Shown: positions 1 through 13,429, counted from the stretch's first letter. The stretch is 64,000 nt of DNA from Paragordius varius (GCA_964247055.1 OZ176057.1:4030001-4094000); one strand, 5' to 3'. Made by a program: numbers and translations. Notes: generated by a model not told the origin, from the sequence alone.

Positions 1-555
1 ACTTTTTTAATATAATTTGAGGATGTTGAAAATATCAATCAATTGGTATACAATATTAGTTTGCCTTAATTTTTATATTAGTATTGTATTTTATAATAAA
101 AATTTAAAATAAAGCAATGAACCTTTTAGAAATCTTGGGCATCGAATTACATAAAAATCTTTAAGCGTTTTATACTGTTTCTTTCATGACACATTCTGAA
201 GTATGCTTTAACATAATTTAATATTATATTTTTGAAAAAAGTACACTTTTTTTAAATTATTTCTAGTTGATTTTAAAATTTAGCATATATTTAAAACTTT
301 ATCGCGATATCCCACTTTGGCGTTTATGTTAACACTTAAAGATAATGTGACCAGATATTTAAAACCCTGGCGCAGTACAAAATTAAAACACTTTGCCTAT
401 TTTTTAACCGGATTTTCGGTGTTTTATATTAAATGATATTGTTCTTTACTATTTATAAGCTCATAAGAAACAATTAAAATATCCAACAATAAATTTATTA
501 AAAATTAAATATAAATGTATGTACATATAATTATATATATGGATATATAATGATA

Positions 556-1070
556 CTAGCATTAAGCAGCCCGAAAAAGTCCTTCGGACTGGGGGTGGGG
601 GGGGGGGCTATTAAAAAAGGGACAATAAAATGATCCACATATGTGGATTATTTCGAAACATTATTTATTAGCTATGATCTCATAGGAATTTCAAAACGGT
701 GCATTCATACTAATATATTGTTTACTTGGGCGAAAAATAAATTCAAACAATTACTTAAGATTTTTTTTGGAAAAATGACATTTTACGGGAGGAGCGGGTA
801 AAGCGCAATCGAAAATAAGTAAAAAATCATATTTTAAATTGAATGGTCCATTTTCCAGAAAATTCTCTCAAAGACACGATTTCTGTGGACTTCTGTTTTC
901 AAAAAAAACCGTTTTTTACACGGGGTAGGCCCGAACTGGGGGCCTAATATAAAAAAAGGGCCAAGTTGACGGGGTATTCATCAATGATTATTTCGACATT
1001 TGGATTTGAATGGATCTACCGGTTTCCCGGAAATAGATCACCAAGCTTTCCATTTTTATAAATATATAGA
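556..1070 (-). mobile_element. Non-autonomous Helitron, family H, copy 1 (internally deleted)
   Basis: On the minus strand it reads A|TCTATATAT...CTAG|T (TC start, CTAG end, inserted between A and T, no TSD). Body is shared with 37830-39498, 46975-47540, 54000-55812 and 60695-61465. The 3' hairpin is partly deleted relative to the copy at 46975. Confidence 0.7.
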
Positions 1071-1419
1071 TTATAAATGGTATGTTTGTTTTAAAAATGA
1101 TAATTGACAAAAACAATATAATTACCAATATATGATAATAAAAATAGAGGGAAACAATATATCTGGTTTTTATAAGATGTTGCGGTGCAGATAAAATCAT
1201 CACACGATCTTATGAAAGTTCTGTTCCTTAGCTTTTTAGAAAATATTACTATTTGACAGCAGGTAAAACTATGCGTTGATGAAGAAAAGATAGGTGAATG
1301 GATAGAAAATTATTCAAATGCCGACTTTGCTACAGTGTAAAATTCAAAAACAATTCAAATAGTTGTGAGTCTATCCAATCAATGGTATATGACGTGACAT
1401 AATTATTAAGAAATAATTA

Positions 1420-2544
1420 CGCTAGACAACAAATTTTAACTTTTTTTAACTGCCATTCTTGTAAATTTAAAATTTATTTCATTAAAGTACATAATTAGTA
1501 TATCTGAAAAGAAAATTGGTCCTGCATGCAAGATTTTTTTTATATTAGAGATTATAGATAATTTTTGACCCCGATTTAACATTAAACTCGAAAGTTCGAA
1601 AATTAAAAGTTTTAGATATGAAGCCATGTATTTTATATCATTCGAAAGAGTGCAAAAAACTGCATCTTTAAAATGGTAGTAAGTCATTTAAATCAATCGG
1701 ATGTAAAAGTTATTTGGATTTAAATGGTCGAAATTCTCAATTCTTAAATAAGTCAAGAATTTTCACAGACAAAGTAATTTGAAAATCATAAATATTATTT
1801 TAATATAATTATTAGGGTTATATAAGTATTTAATTAAAAAAAAATGTTTGAAAAAGCTTTTGGTTTGCTTTTTTAATAAAAATTATTATTATCATAATTA
1901 ATTTACCTACTGGATACTAAAATGCATAGTTATAACTGTAAATTTACTACATAATGGCTATAAAAGATCAAAAAGACCTTAAACTTTGTTTTTATATTTA
2001 AAATTTCGAAATTATCAGCCTCGTAAAGAAAATAAATTAATATTGATGAGATGGTAATTTTTAAAAAAGAAAAAAACTTAAAAATGGCTGTTTTGAGTGA
2101 CATAAAAGCAATAAAAAATGTTATAATCAAAAAAACTTTCTTGTGTTATCTTTTTTGGACATTCATCACCATCTAAACAAAGTTTGAGCTATTTTTATCC
2201 ATTAGTTTTAAAAATATATTAATTAAAAAAAATGCTCTCGCTTCGAGCGTTTGTCGCTCTTTGTGTCCAATATTAACTGTCGATGTAATACATAATAGTA
2301 TGCATTTTAGAGAGTTTTTATTACTCTTTCGAATGATATATTACAAATGGGCATTACTTGTTTATTTTCAAAGAAAAACATTTTTTAGTAAAATTTTGAT
2401 AAAGAGGGCGCATTATTAAAAAAATCAAATTATACAAAATTCTTCCAACGAATTATAATTTTTATTTCAGATTTACTGTTAAAATGATACTAAATATCAG
2501 AAAATGCAAAAAACTCGAGTGGCAGAAAAATTTGTTGTCCAGTG
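1420..2544. mobile_element. Non-autonomous TIR element, CMC (CACTA/Chapaev)-like, copy 1
   Basis: TIRs C(G/A)CTRGACAACAAATTTT at both ends, flanked by TTA/TTA. A reverse-oriented copy at 20700-24203 is flanked by TAA/TAA. CACT termini with a 3-bp TSD fit the CMC superfamily (inference). No transposase. Confidence 0.7.
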
Positions 2545-3785
2545 TTATTTTTTATAATAGTAATAATATCTAAAAATAATAAATTATATATATTTTTCAA
2601 ATTTATGTATTTCTCCTAATAATTTATGGTTTTGCGAAATTTTATCTAAAAAAGCTTTACAATTTTTTTCTGTATTTTTGACTATTACAATTGCTTCCAA
2701 TGTATCTATTGTGAGTTGTTTTTTCCGTAGTCCATATTTTGTTTATAGGAAAAGGCACGGAAAAGAAAATTAAAATGAAAAGAATTAATAAAAAAAATTA
2801 TTATGTGTGTGTGTGTGTGTATGGCAAAATTAAAATAGGTGTATCAATTTGTTTATGCACAAAAGAATGAAAAGAAAACTGGCTAAAAATTAAATAGGGA
2901 AGCAAAATAAGGAACATACCTCCAAGTTTTTTTTTCCTAGAAAAAAAAGGTTATATCGAAACCAAATATAACGAATTTTAAAAATAATATGTTGCGGAAA
3001 TATAAAAATTTTCCGTTTGATAATTATAATTAAAGTAAACTCAAATTTAATTTAGCTGAAACTTATATGAAACAAAATGAATTTTCAAAAGATAAATTTA
3101 CTAAAATATTAATTTATTTTTATTTTTGCGGTCGCTTTTGCGGAAGCCCTGAGTGAAAGGTTGGCCTAAATCTGGAGTCTTATATTGATAGTTCCGTCAC
3201 TTCGCGAATGGCTGCATTCATAAGCGATTTGACCGGTCCAAAACCCAATTCCTTGTATAATTAGAGCAGAAAATAAAATATTAAAATTAAAAGCCATAGT
3301 TTTTTACAGCAAAAAAACCATTATTTATTTTAACTAAGGGTACTCTATCGAATTCTACAAACAAAACTTGTAAAAATAAATGGTAATTAAACATATTTAT
3401 AAAAAAAATTATTTCAAAAAGCAGTACAAAAGTCAGCGCAGTACAGGCGCGGTTTTTTTTCGAAAATCCAGTACTGTACTGCGAAAAACAGCCTATCTGG
3501 TCACTTTACTTAAAGAGGGTTTTTTTATTTTGTCCACGATGACTGATACATTTTACTCCCAAATTTAAATCTTGTAAATAAACTATTCTTTTGTAAATAA
3601 TTTTATTTAAAATTAATTATGAAGCTCTCTCCTGTATTAGATAAAATGCCGTTTTTTACAGTTTTGTACCTAGAGTCTAAAATTGGGACAAGTCTAAAAC
3701 ATAATTAAAGTAAGCTGATTTTGAAGTCAATAAATAACCAGTTTTTAGCGGTAAAATCAATATTGAAAGTTAATTGTTTTAATTA

Positions 3786-4857
3786 TGGTGCTTTTAGTTT
3801 TGGCCTTCACTAGTGGTATAAGAAAATCATTTTGTGATAAGTGCTCCATATCAGAAAATGACAAAATTTGACTACATTTTTGTGATTAATTTTTTTGATG
3901 ATATAAACTAATTATAAAAAGCAAAACAATTATTTTATGATGTTTTAATTTTTAAGATGGCTCCGAAAGTCCAAAATTTTATGCTCTTCAAAAGGGGCAA
4001 CTTCTTCCATAAACGCAAAATGCTGGAATTTTGCGATATAATTTTTAAATATATGTAAAATTTTGACATAAAAAATATTAAAAATGCTCACTTTCAAAAA
4101 TTTAATTTTTAGCAAAATTTTGTTGAAGCTACTTTGAGCTATTTATATGCATGATGGAAACGGTATAAAAACGCTTTTAGATATTGTACACCTTTTTTAT
4201 ATAAATGAGCAGAACTTTTTTAACGTCTGAAATTTCAATTTAAAGGTTCGTTAACTTTTAATTTTCAGTGAATTTCATATAAATACACAATTTATATTTG
4301 ACATAAATTTGAAGACAAACGAATTTTTTAATTAAATTCTGAGGTGATAGAAATGTTTTGCATCATGAAATTATTTAAAAAAATAATTTTATAAATCAAC
4401 CGTTTTTATTTCGTTTTTATCACGTCTAACAAGAATGAAGTAGGCATCAACAAAATCAAGATTATATTTTTGATTTTATACAAAATATTTTTTTGATATC
4501 TAAAGTAGATATTTAAATTTTTTATAGCGATTCAGCATTTTTTCGTTTTAATTAAAAAAACTAGCCCGTATTAGAAGAGCACAAGATTTGGGACCGTCGG
4601 AGCCTACGTTTAAAAATTAAAACTTTTTGAAAATATTAGCTAGCTTATAATATATTTTGGTGATATTTTTTAAAATGAAGCATTTAGTTTTTATCAAAAA
4701 ATTTTATTACAAAAAATGTGCTCAAATTTTGCCAAATTCTGATACGGATAACTTTCTTATGTCACTCGTAAGTGAAATTCCGAATATAATTTTCTATCAA
4801 ATAACAAAAGAAATAACTTTCTTATATCGCTCCTAAGCCCCAAAACCAAGAGCACCA
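3786..4857. repeat. Long-inverted-repeat (foldback-like) element, family C
   Basis: 3786 TGGTGCTTTTAGTTTTGGCC is inverted relative to ~4835-4857 CCCCAAAACCAAGAGCACCA, and 3960 CTCCGAAAGTCC is inverted relative to ~4590 GGGACCGTCGGAGCC. Further fragments at ~4950-5260. Ends approximate. Confidence 0.55.
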
Positions 4858-5647
4858 TGAGATTTCTGATACATTATTCTCTTGAAATATATATTTTATC
4901 ATAATATTTTATTGTATTCGAATATTCATATTTTAGCTCTTAGATATAAAACAATCCCAAAAGATCACGAAGTGTCAAGATAATGTCCAGTTTGGAGGAG
5001 CGAAAAAATTTGGGACTTTCGAACCCATATATGAATTTTTTTATATGTTTAATATATTTTTGTCATTTTTTTGGAATAATTAAGTTTTTACAAAAAAATT
5101 GTTTAACAAAATATGCTCATATTTGTCATTTTCGGAGATAAAGTTACTACAAAAGTAATAATCACCCGTAAGATCCAAAAACAGGCACGATAATATCTGA
5201 TACCTCCTATCCAAATATATATCATCAGGATATATATATTTACTCCCAATTTGGGGCGCAGTTTAACTTACTATTTGGCTTTGGTCGCCTGCTTATATTT
5301 CACAGTGTCCGCAAAAATAACTTCATGAATATATATTCTGGCAGGAAAATGTATCAGGATTATCTTGGTGCTTTTGGTTTTGGCCCTTATAGGGACATAA
5401 GTGTTTCGCATCAGAAAATGTCAAAATTTACGCATATATTTTTAAAAAATATTTTGGTAAAAGCTAGAGACTTTATTCCAAATATCGCTAAAATATATCA
5501 TAAACTACATATAAAAAGCAAAACAATATTTTTAAAAAACTCTAATATGTGGGCTCCGAAAGTCCCATATTTTTTGCTTATTGTTACATATGCATATTAT
5601 AATTTTGTTTTTTGTATGTATGATAATTTTAGTTACATTTGCATAGT

Positions 5648-5885
5648 TGTTAAGTTGGATCCTACTGTCGTAGACACAAACGCACCTATATAATTGTAAA
5701 CACTTATATCTCTTTGTGATACACCTAGTTAATGTAAATTGTAGCTTCAAGCAAAATAGTTAGTATATAATTGCTGTATTATAATATCACACACACTTGT
5801 TTGATTTCTGGTATTTTAATAAATGTTTTCTGTTTAATATAACTTTTCTTCTATCATTCTGTGTAATATAACTTAACTTCTATCA
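5648..5885 (+). repeat. 5' LTR of the Mag-like element
   Basis: TGTTAAG...TATCA; direct repeat of 9687-9924. Confidence 0.95.
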
Positions 5886-5896
5886 TTGGCGCGGTA

Positions 5897-8800
5897 ATGA
5901 ACTTGGCAAAAATTTCTCTAGAAAGCTTTGATGAAAAGGAAAATTTGGACCGATAAGTTATATACATTCAGCGAATGCTAGCTGCAAAAAACAAGACGGC
6001 AAACGACAACAATTGCAAGACGTTATTTCTCGCTTACGCAGGAATGTCGGTCACAAAGAAATTCGAACAATTCCTTTTACCAAATTCGCTTGATAATACC
6101 TCCTGGCCGGACATCATTGAAGCCGGCAGGAAAATTTTTGAATCGAATAGGACAAACATATTTCAGGCCAGATTCAATTTCGTAAAACTTCGCTGGAAAG
6201 AAAATGAAACATTTACGGAATTTCTTTTACGAGTCAAAAACCGAAGCCGCAAAATGCAACTTCAAGCTTGACATCGATGAAAAAATGCGCGACATGTTTA
6301 TTGCAAGCCTGGGAGTGGAAAAATTAGAACTAGATCTGTTTACTAGATTCCCCGATGCCATGTGGGGAAACGAAGCTGTAACCCTCAAACAAGTGGTAGA
6401 CATTGCCCTCATCTATGAAAAAGCACATCAACTAACAACAAGGCCATATGTTGCAGACTACAGTTCGGAAATATCAAAACAAGTGTCAATTCGGGTTAGG
6501 TCATGCACCCGGCAAATGCCCAGCTTGGGGCAAACAATGTTATAAATGCCAAGGCTGGAATCAATCACTTCCAACCGTGCTGCAAGAAGAAAAGGATCAG
6601 CAACGTTCAGCATGTTGAATCTGGATCCACCCCCAAGATAACAATAATAATAAATGGCAAGCCAATACGCATGATTATAGACACAGGTTCAAGCGTATCC
6701 ATAATTGATTGTCAAGCGTGGGAAAAAATTGGGGAGCCCGAGTTGCAACAAACAGGCCCAGATTTGTATAGCCATGGTGGACAAAGAATCAATTCCAAGG
6801 GTAGTTGTATGGTTACACGGTACAATGCGATGGTAAAACAAAATCTTTGGCGTGTATGGTTGTAAGCGGCAAGAAGGCCCCAGCAATTCTTGGTTGGGAT
6901 TGGCTACAAGAATTCCCGAATGCCATACAGTTGATAAATTGTCGTAAATGTTTTAATATTAATTTTGGGAAAATTCATTTGTTAATAAATTTAATTCACT
7001 TTTTGTGAAAAGTTAGGGTGTTTCACTGGAACCCCTATCAAACTTTTATTTAAAAAACAATACAAAACCAAAAATTTTTAAGTGTCGCCGCATCCCGATA
7101 CCGTTAAAAGAAAAAGTCAACAAATTAAGAGACTTTTAGAAGCGGACGTAATCAAACCATTAGACGCTACGACTGAGAAACTAAACTGGGCCACCCCTAT
7201 TGTTTGTATAATAAAAGCGAATGGTGCTTTAAGGTTATGTGCAGATTATCGTGTTACAATAAATCCACATCTAGTAGATGACAGTCATAATATACCGACA
7301 TTTGACGAATTAGTTTCAAAAATAGGATTAGGAGTATCATTTTCGGTAATCGATTTGAAAGACGCATATCTGCAATTGCTAATAGATCAAGAAAGTCAAA
7401 AGTTACTAACAATTACCACACCCCTAGGGTATTTTACATATAAAAGGCTTCCCTTTGGCCTAACAAGCGCCCCCTGCATTTTTCAAAATTAATGGATAAG
7501 ATATTAGGTGACTCTGCCCAGTAACAGCTGTATATTTAGACGATATTTTAATAACAGGAAAAAACCGAAACAAACATAAAAGAAACTTAGAAAAGGTATT
7601 TAAGGGTTTAGATGATTCTGGTTTAAAATTAAGTAAAGGCAAACTAAAACTTTTTCAACCGTCTGTAAGTTATTTGGGATATGTTATATTACCAGCTGCC
7701 GATAAAGTTAAAGCCATACAAGACTCCCCAAGACCCACTGACAAAACAACACTCAAGTCCTTCTTAGGCTTAATAAATTTTCACACACACGATTTCTCCC
7801 GAAATTACATGAGTTTGGCTATACTTCACGACCTAAGCAGTTATAAAAAACCTTGGATATGGACCAAAAACCACGAGGACTGTTTTAACAGAGTTAAAAA
7901 ATTAATATGTAATACTGTTAAACTAACTCCGTTCAATCCTGGGTTACCTATAATAATCGAAACAGACGCCTCGAATAAAGGGTACGTAGCAGTGTTACTA
8001 CAGAACGCGCAGGAGGGCATAAATAAACCCATTGCCTTATCTAGAAAGTGGTCTAAACCCGAAGAAAATTATTCAGTGATAGAAAAGGAATCATAAGCCA
8101 TACTTTTCGCTTTTGAAAAATTTAGAACGTTCATTACGGGGAAGAGGTTTAAACTGCGTACTGATCACAAACCACTAATAAAGCTGTCTGGAAATAATCG
8201 TAAATTAGACCAAATAAATAATTCCAAGCTATTACGTTGGATATATAAAGCTAGCGAATTTAATTACAATCTACGGTACATTAAAAGCCACGAAAACATT
8301 GCAGATCCATTGTCCCGCATGCCGACAGAACCACAACAACAAGACACAGAAAGCCTTCAAACAGCAGAACATGTATGATTTTTCAATAGTAATCTATTCA
8401 ATATAAATCGTGACCATATTAGAAGCCAGACCGAAACCGACCCTGTATTAAAACAGGTAATAAGGGCACTAAGAACAAACAACTGCTCCAATAAAATATT
8501 ACATCCATTCCAAAGTTTTAGAAATGAAATTAAAAATACATACGGGTTATTATATTGGCATGATAGATTAATGATTCCCGAATCTCAAAAAATAAATATC
8601 TTACAATTATTACACGTCGGACACCCCGGATCCAAAGCAATGTACGAACAAGCAAAACAAATTGTCTTTTGGCACAACATGGAAAGCGACATAAAAAAGT
8701 GGGTAGATACGTGTAAAAAGTGTCAAGAAAACCGTCCGATGCGAAAAAATCCCGCATAAAATTGGAACATGAATACAGCAATATGGGAGAGATTACATCT

Positions 8801-9480
8801 AGATATAGCAGGCCCGATAGACAATTATTATTGGATAGTTCTTATTGACAGTTATTCTCGATGGGTTGAAGTTAAACTATCGAAAACGATATCGACCAAA
8901 AATATCTTAAATTTCCTAGACGAATGTTTCAGTCGATATGGATCTCCAAGAATGATAGTAACCGACAACGCGTCTTACTTTACATCTGAGGAGCTTAAAA
9001 AATTCATGGAAACGGGAAACATTAAACATGTAACATCAGTTCCCTATCATAAACTAACGGAATGGTGGGACGAGTGATATATACCCTAAAAACACATTAG
9101 TCAGCAGAAGACGATGACCCACATTCAAAAATAAATAACAGGCTTTGGGGATACAGCACTTACATACACAGTGCTACAAATACATGTCCCGCTCAACTTT
9201 TCCTAAAACGTACCCTACCCAATCCAATCACATGGCTACAATATAAACAAACAGACTTCTTAGACGATGTACAACCGAATCAAGAATACCATGAAAACGA
9301 AAAAGTCTACATAAAACTTGAACTAGCGAATGGGTGGCGAGAAGGAATTGTAGATAAACGACTCGGATTACTCTCATATGAAATACAAGATGATAACAAA
9401 ATCATCCGAAAACACGCCGACCAACTGAGACCAAGGGAAGGAGGTGAAAGAATATTGGATTAGACAATTTCACCCACTCC
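5897..9480 (+). pseudogene. gag-pol, disrupted by frameshifts and stops
   Basis: Gag with tandem zinc-knuckle remnants (GHAPGKCPAWGKQCYKC), protease IDTGSS, RT WATPIV...LCADYR...YLDDILITG, RNase H ETDAS, integrase LHVGHPG/CKKC, HLDIAGP and VTDNASYF. Split over at least 8 ORFs. Confidence 0.93.
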
Positions 9481-9686
9481 ACCATCGCATGACCTATATG
9501 TTAGGTACCCTACTGCCACGACTGAAGCCCCGACCTTACCTCCGCCCCAACCCTCGGAATCCATCATTGTGTTGCCATCCCAACAAACACCCATTATAGC
9601 ACCTACCACTGACACTCACACAGAACGGGATACCCTACACGAATCCGACACCTACCACATAGATATCAAGGACAGGGAAAGAGTGA

Positions 9687-9924
9687 TGTTGAGTTAGATC
9701 CTACTGTCGTAGACACAAACGCACCTATATAATTGTAAACACTTATATCTCTTTGTGATACACCTAGTTAATGTTAATTGTAGCTTCAAGCAAAATAGTT
9801 AGTATATAATTGCTGCATTATAATATCACACACACTTGTTTGATTTCTGGTATTTTAATAAATGTTTTCTGTTTGGTATAACTTTACTTCTATCATTCTG
9901 TGTACTATAACTTTACTTCTATCA
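9687..9924 (+). repeat. 3' LTR of the Mag-like element
   Basis: TGTTGAG...TATCA, followed by the TSD ATAGT. Confidence 0.95.
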
Positions 9925-10129
9925 ATAGTCTATATTTTTGTATTATTTAAATAACATATTTATTAGTTTACTCAATATTTTTTTTTGTTTTATTTGATAT
10001 CATGCAAATTAATTTTACACAAAAATATTATATAAAGCCGATGAATAATTAATGAATTATATTTTACTTTTTAGTTTCTACTATTTTTACTTTTGTTACT
10101 TTCTAATTCAATCATTACAATTACATTGG

Positions 10130-10500
10130 TCCAAGACGAGTATCGACTCGCGACCTTCGCATCAGACGAATGAGTAAGGGGTTTTGCTGCTGGCTGTGGT
10201 GAGCGCATGGCCTTATTGCTACCACGAAAGAAACTCCCTTCCAACTGTTCTTTAAACGAGTATCCCCCATTGACCTGGATAAACACAAAAACAACAACCT
10301 CGGACGCACCCAGTCCGCGTCGTGAGTTCTCCATAGACCAACGGATAATGATCAAAAACGAACAGGGTCTCCTGGATGGCGAGCAGGCGAGGTCGTCGAT
10401 AGAACCGGTCTTCTTTCTTACAGCGTATGGGATCAGGAAAACAACAAGATGGTCAGAAAGCACGCGGATCAAATGAAACACGTCCCACCCGCCAACTCAA
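10130..10500 (+). pseudogene. Gypsy integrase C-terminal remnant of the outer LTR element
   Basis: Translated fragments ATTKETPFQLFFKR and LSYSVWDQENNKMVRKHADQMK parallel ATNTCPAQLFLKR and LLSYEIQDDNKIIRKHADQLR in the inner element. Confidence 0.75.
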
Positions 10501-11949
10501 CTACATCGGTTACTCAAAAAATAGTAATGATAGTAGTAACGACATTAACACTAATAATAATGGTAATAGTATTAATATAATAGTAATGACAATATCTATG
10601 ATAAAATAAATGATAATAATAATGAAATTAGTAATATTATAATGTAAATAGTAATAATGACAAAATTTATGAAAATCCGCTCGAGCGTCGCTACCCTGAG
10701 CGAATTCGGCGGAAATTGGTGGGGTTCTCCTAAGGGTGTAATGATTTTACATATGCAAATTATAATTTTTTTTTTAGTATGTCTGATACAAATTAGTGAT
10801 ATTTGAATAGACTATATTTTTATATTTTTATGTAAATAAGAAATCCATTAGTTACTAAAAATAATAATTATTTTATATCAAATCATGCAAATTTTGACAC
10901 AAAAATATTATATAAAGCCGATGAATAACTAAATTACTTTTTACTATTTTACTTTTGTTACTTCCTACACCTCAATTATCATTACAACTACACTCATCTA
11001 AAATGAGCTCTGGTAGCCCGATTAAAATATTAAATACATGCCAAATTTTGATAACAAAAAATATTTTTAAAAAAGGCTTACTTTTCTTAAGTATTTAATC
11101 TTTACTAAAATTTATTGAATCGCACTCAATACTATTGAGGCAGGATGAAAATGGTATATAAACGCTTTATATCATATAACCTTTTTTTAAATGATTCTTG
11201 TTAATATTAAACATTTCTATCTTTTCAATTTATTGAATCGTTTGCATAAAAATTATGGTGAATTTTTGTAAAAAACAATATTCATTTAACTTAATTTGAA
11301 GGCAAGCGAATGCTTTAATTAAAAATCTGAGGTGATAGACGCATTCAGCATTATTAAATTATAAATGTTTTTATGATATTTTAAAGCATTTTTCTAATCA
11401 TTTTCGATATAGTATGAATCACGCTTCAACAATTGCTAAAAGTTATTATGATACAATCATGCGTTTTATTTAGCATATTATATTTTTTTCGGGCAATCCC
11501 TGCATTTTTGTGTTTATTTTAAGAGGACTAGTATATTTAAAAGCTCAAAAAATTTGGGTTTTCGGAGCCTACATCAAAAAATTAATGTTTTTAAAAAATA
11601 AATATTGTTTTACTTTTATATTAGTTTATAAAATATTTTACGTAGCCACTAAAATATTTTTATTTAAAAATGTGCTCAAATTTTACCATTTTCTAAGCAC
11701 CCACCACAAACGTGTCATTAATTTTTTTAAATCCTTAGTAAGGGCCAAAACCAAAAGATCCATGATAATCCTGATACATTTTCCTATCAAAATGTATGTA
11801 TATTTCATCAAGTGATTTTTTTACAACCCAAATTTGGACGCATTCTTTTAGTTTATTTATAATTTATGCAATAGTTATATGCTAACGTCAAAAAGTTTAT
11901 TGATATTAATGATATTAATATACAAATAATAAAAAATTCACAAATATAG

Positions 11950-12960
11950 TATAAGTTTTTTTGGCAAGAAGTGCCAATAAAGTACAAAATTGTTTCCAAG
12001 TTATCCAGAGCGTTTCCCTTCATACATGTGCCTTTGAAATATTTAAGAGATTTCTGTCATGATATATCAGTATTAGAATTGTTGATTAACATATTATATC
12101 CACTTACTTGCTAAGTTCTGATCATAATATTTTTTTAATTACATAACAGAAGCGGCATTTTTCAATTTATATGCCACACATAGGTTTTCTGTATGGAGTA
12201 AATAGCTCCATTTCTAGATTACAACTAAGATGCCTTTTATCATTCCGCTTTCATCTAATTGGTGACATATTGGGCCGGTTTTCTACCCCAGACCATAGAG
12301 TTGTGAGAACCCTACTGTTTTAGAAGTTGTTTTGTTTAGAATTCAGTTAAAAAATCTTATTATCCTGTATAGATAAAAAAATCTTATAATTTTCACAGAT
12401 TTAACTTCTAAAGTCCTAAATTTAGATACCTCCAAAAAAAAAATCAGCAATTATTTAAATTAATATATCTCAAATAATTCCTAAGATCGTGATTTAAGAG
12501 CTTTTAAAAGTTAACTACTTGTAAACCATTATATACTTTTTATCATTTACATTCATGGTGTAAAATTAAAGAAAAAATGGCGGCGAAAAAGTACCAGATG
12601 AGGATTTTTATACTTTTATATTTTGTATTTATGCCTAAAAGCCTAAAGAAAGCATGTTTTTACAATTGTCTTATTGCTAAAAACATTTTTAAGATATTTA
12701 AGTTAATACCCTTGGGTGATAACAAAAGGTCATATAGTGTTAAAACAGTTCCTCAAATTTTTTGTGAATACCACCAATTAATCTAGGAATTTCGTGTTTC
12801 ACTGTACAAACTAATAGTTCCTTTTACAGGATAATAAAAAAATTTGAGTTATGACTCGTTTATTTGGTTTAAATTACTAAAACCTTAGGCTTTTTTTGAA
12901 ATTCGGATTATTTGATATGGGACATATAATCAAATATTGAAGATGTAATATTACAACAAT
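11950..12960 (-). pseudogene. Highly decayed piggyBac-like (PGBD) transposase relic
   Basis: Minus-strand fragments WFTSS*LLKALKSR (cf. DNWFTS) and RVLTTLWSGVE...IR*KRNDK...TPYRKPMCGI (cf. YNKxMGGVD), with many stops. Motif resemblance by eye only. Confidence 0.4.
12572..12660 (+). repeat. Dispersed repeat (AAAAATGGCGGCGAAAAAGTTTGAGATGAGGATTTT), unclassified
   Basis: Similar motif-led segments at ~28431, ~56196 and ~58243. Confidence 0.55.
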
Positions 12961-13429
12961 ATATTAAAGACTTTAGCCCAATTACCATGCCATGAACAAA
13001 TTATAATATCCATTTTATTTTTATTCCAACACGTTTTTGGGTGGCGAAAATTACTAAAAATTAATAAATGTACATTGTTTCGCAAAATTATATAACGCCG
13101 ACACTTCGATTGAAATTGGGGTATGTAAATACTCGGGAATGTATTTAAGTTCATATTTATAAAAACTACTCAACACGGTTCCAAATAATTTTATGCCTTT
13201 AGTTTAATAAAAATATATTAAAAAGCCTAAATAGGAAAAAATTTAGTTTAAAAATTTTATACAAATTTCGACCCAGTTTTTTTTACAACATTTTCGCTCA
13301 TGTTTATTAATCTTAAAACTAATTTAAAAATATGGAATGATATGAAATCATAGCAACAATTTGCACTTATATGACATTAAACATATATAAAAATGTTCCA
13401 TTAAAAATAGTTGATATTACTTAATTTAA

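Larger units (their letters stand above)
5648..9924 (+). mobile_element. Ty3/Gypsy LTR retrotransposon, Mag-like, structurally complete but coding-dead
   Basis: TG...CA LTRs at 5648-5885 and 9687-9924 (238 bp each; 9 mismatches by hand count, ~96%). Perfect 5-bp TSD ATAGT; PBS TGGCGCGGT at 5887; PPT AAGGACAGGGAAAGAGTGA at 9668-9686. Domain order PR-RT-RH-INT. Confidence 0.95.
5582..10992 (+). mobile_element. Outer, internally deleted (TRIM-like) LTR element
   Basis: The 5' LTR is split (5582-5647 plus 9930-10125, TGTTACATATGC...TTACA) and matches a 3' LTR at 10745-10992. PBS-like TGGTCC at 10127; purine-rich tract AAGGGTGTAATGA before the 3' LTR; degenerate 5-bp TSD CTTAT/CTCAT. Internal region is only ~620 bp. 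Confidence 0.7.
5330..11830. mobile_element. Second family-C foldback copy, interrupted by nested LTR elements
   Basis: Left arm (~5330-5581) and right arm (~10993-11830) join into a sequence colinear with 3786-4857. Arms are inverted: TTTTGGTTTTGGCCCTTA at ~5371 versus TAAGGGCCAAAACCAAAA at ~11739. Confidence 0.55.

Noticed and set aside
988-2130. Short F/I/K/L-rich ORFs, also 23891-24217, 38288-39583, 54384-55695, 60876-61464
   Set aside because: They lie in non-autonomous TE copies, have AT-drift composition and are not conserved as ORFs between copies.
3140-3230. RNase P RNA, HDV-like or hammerhead ribozyme
   Set aside because: CR-I-like and GCGAATGG motifs are present, but the required partner elements (CR-V, P3/L3, CUGANGA core) are absent. 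Kept only as an unclassified hairpin.
10071-10481. 136-aa minus-strand ORF and overlapping short ORFs
   Set aside because: Antisense shadow of a GC-richer Gypsy integrase remnant.
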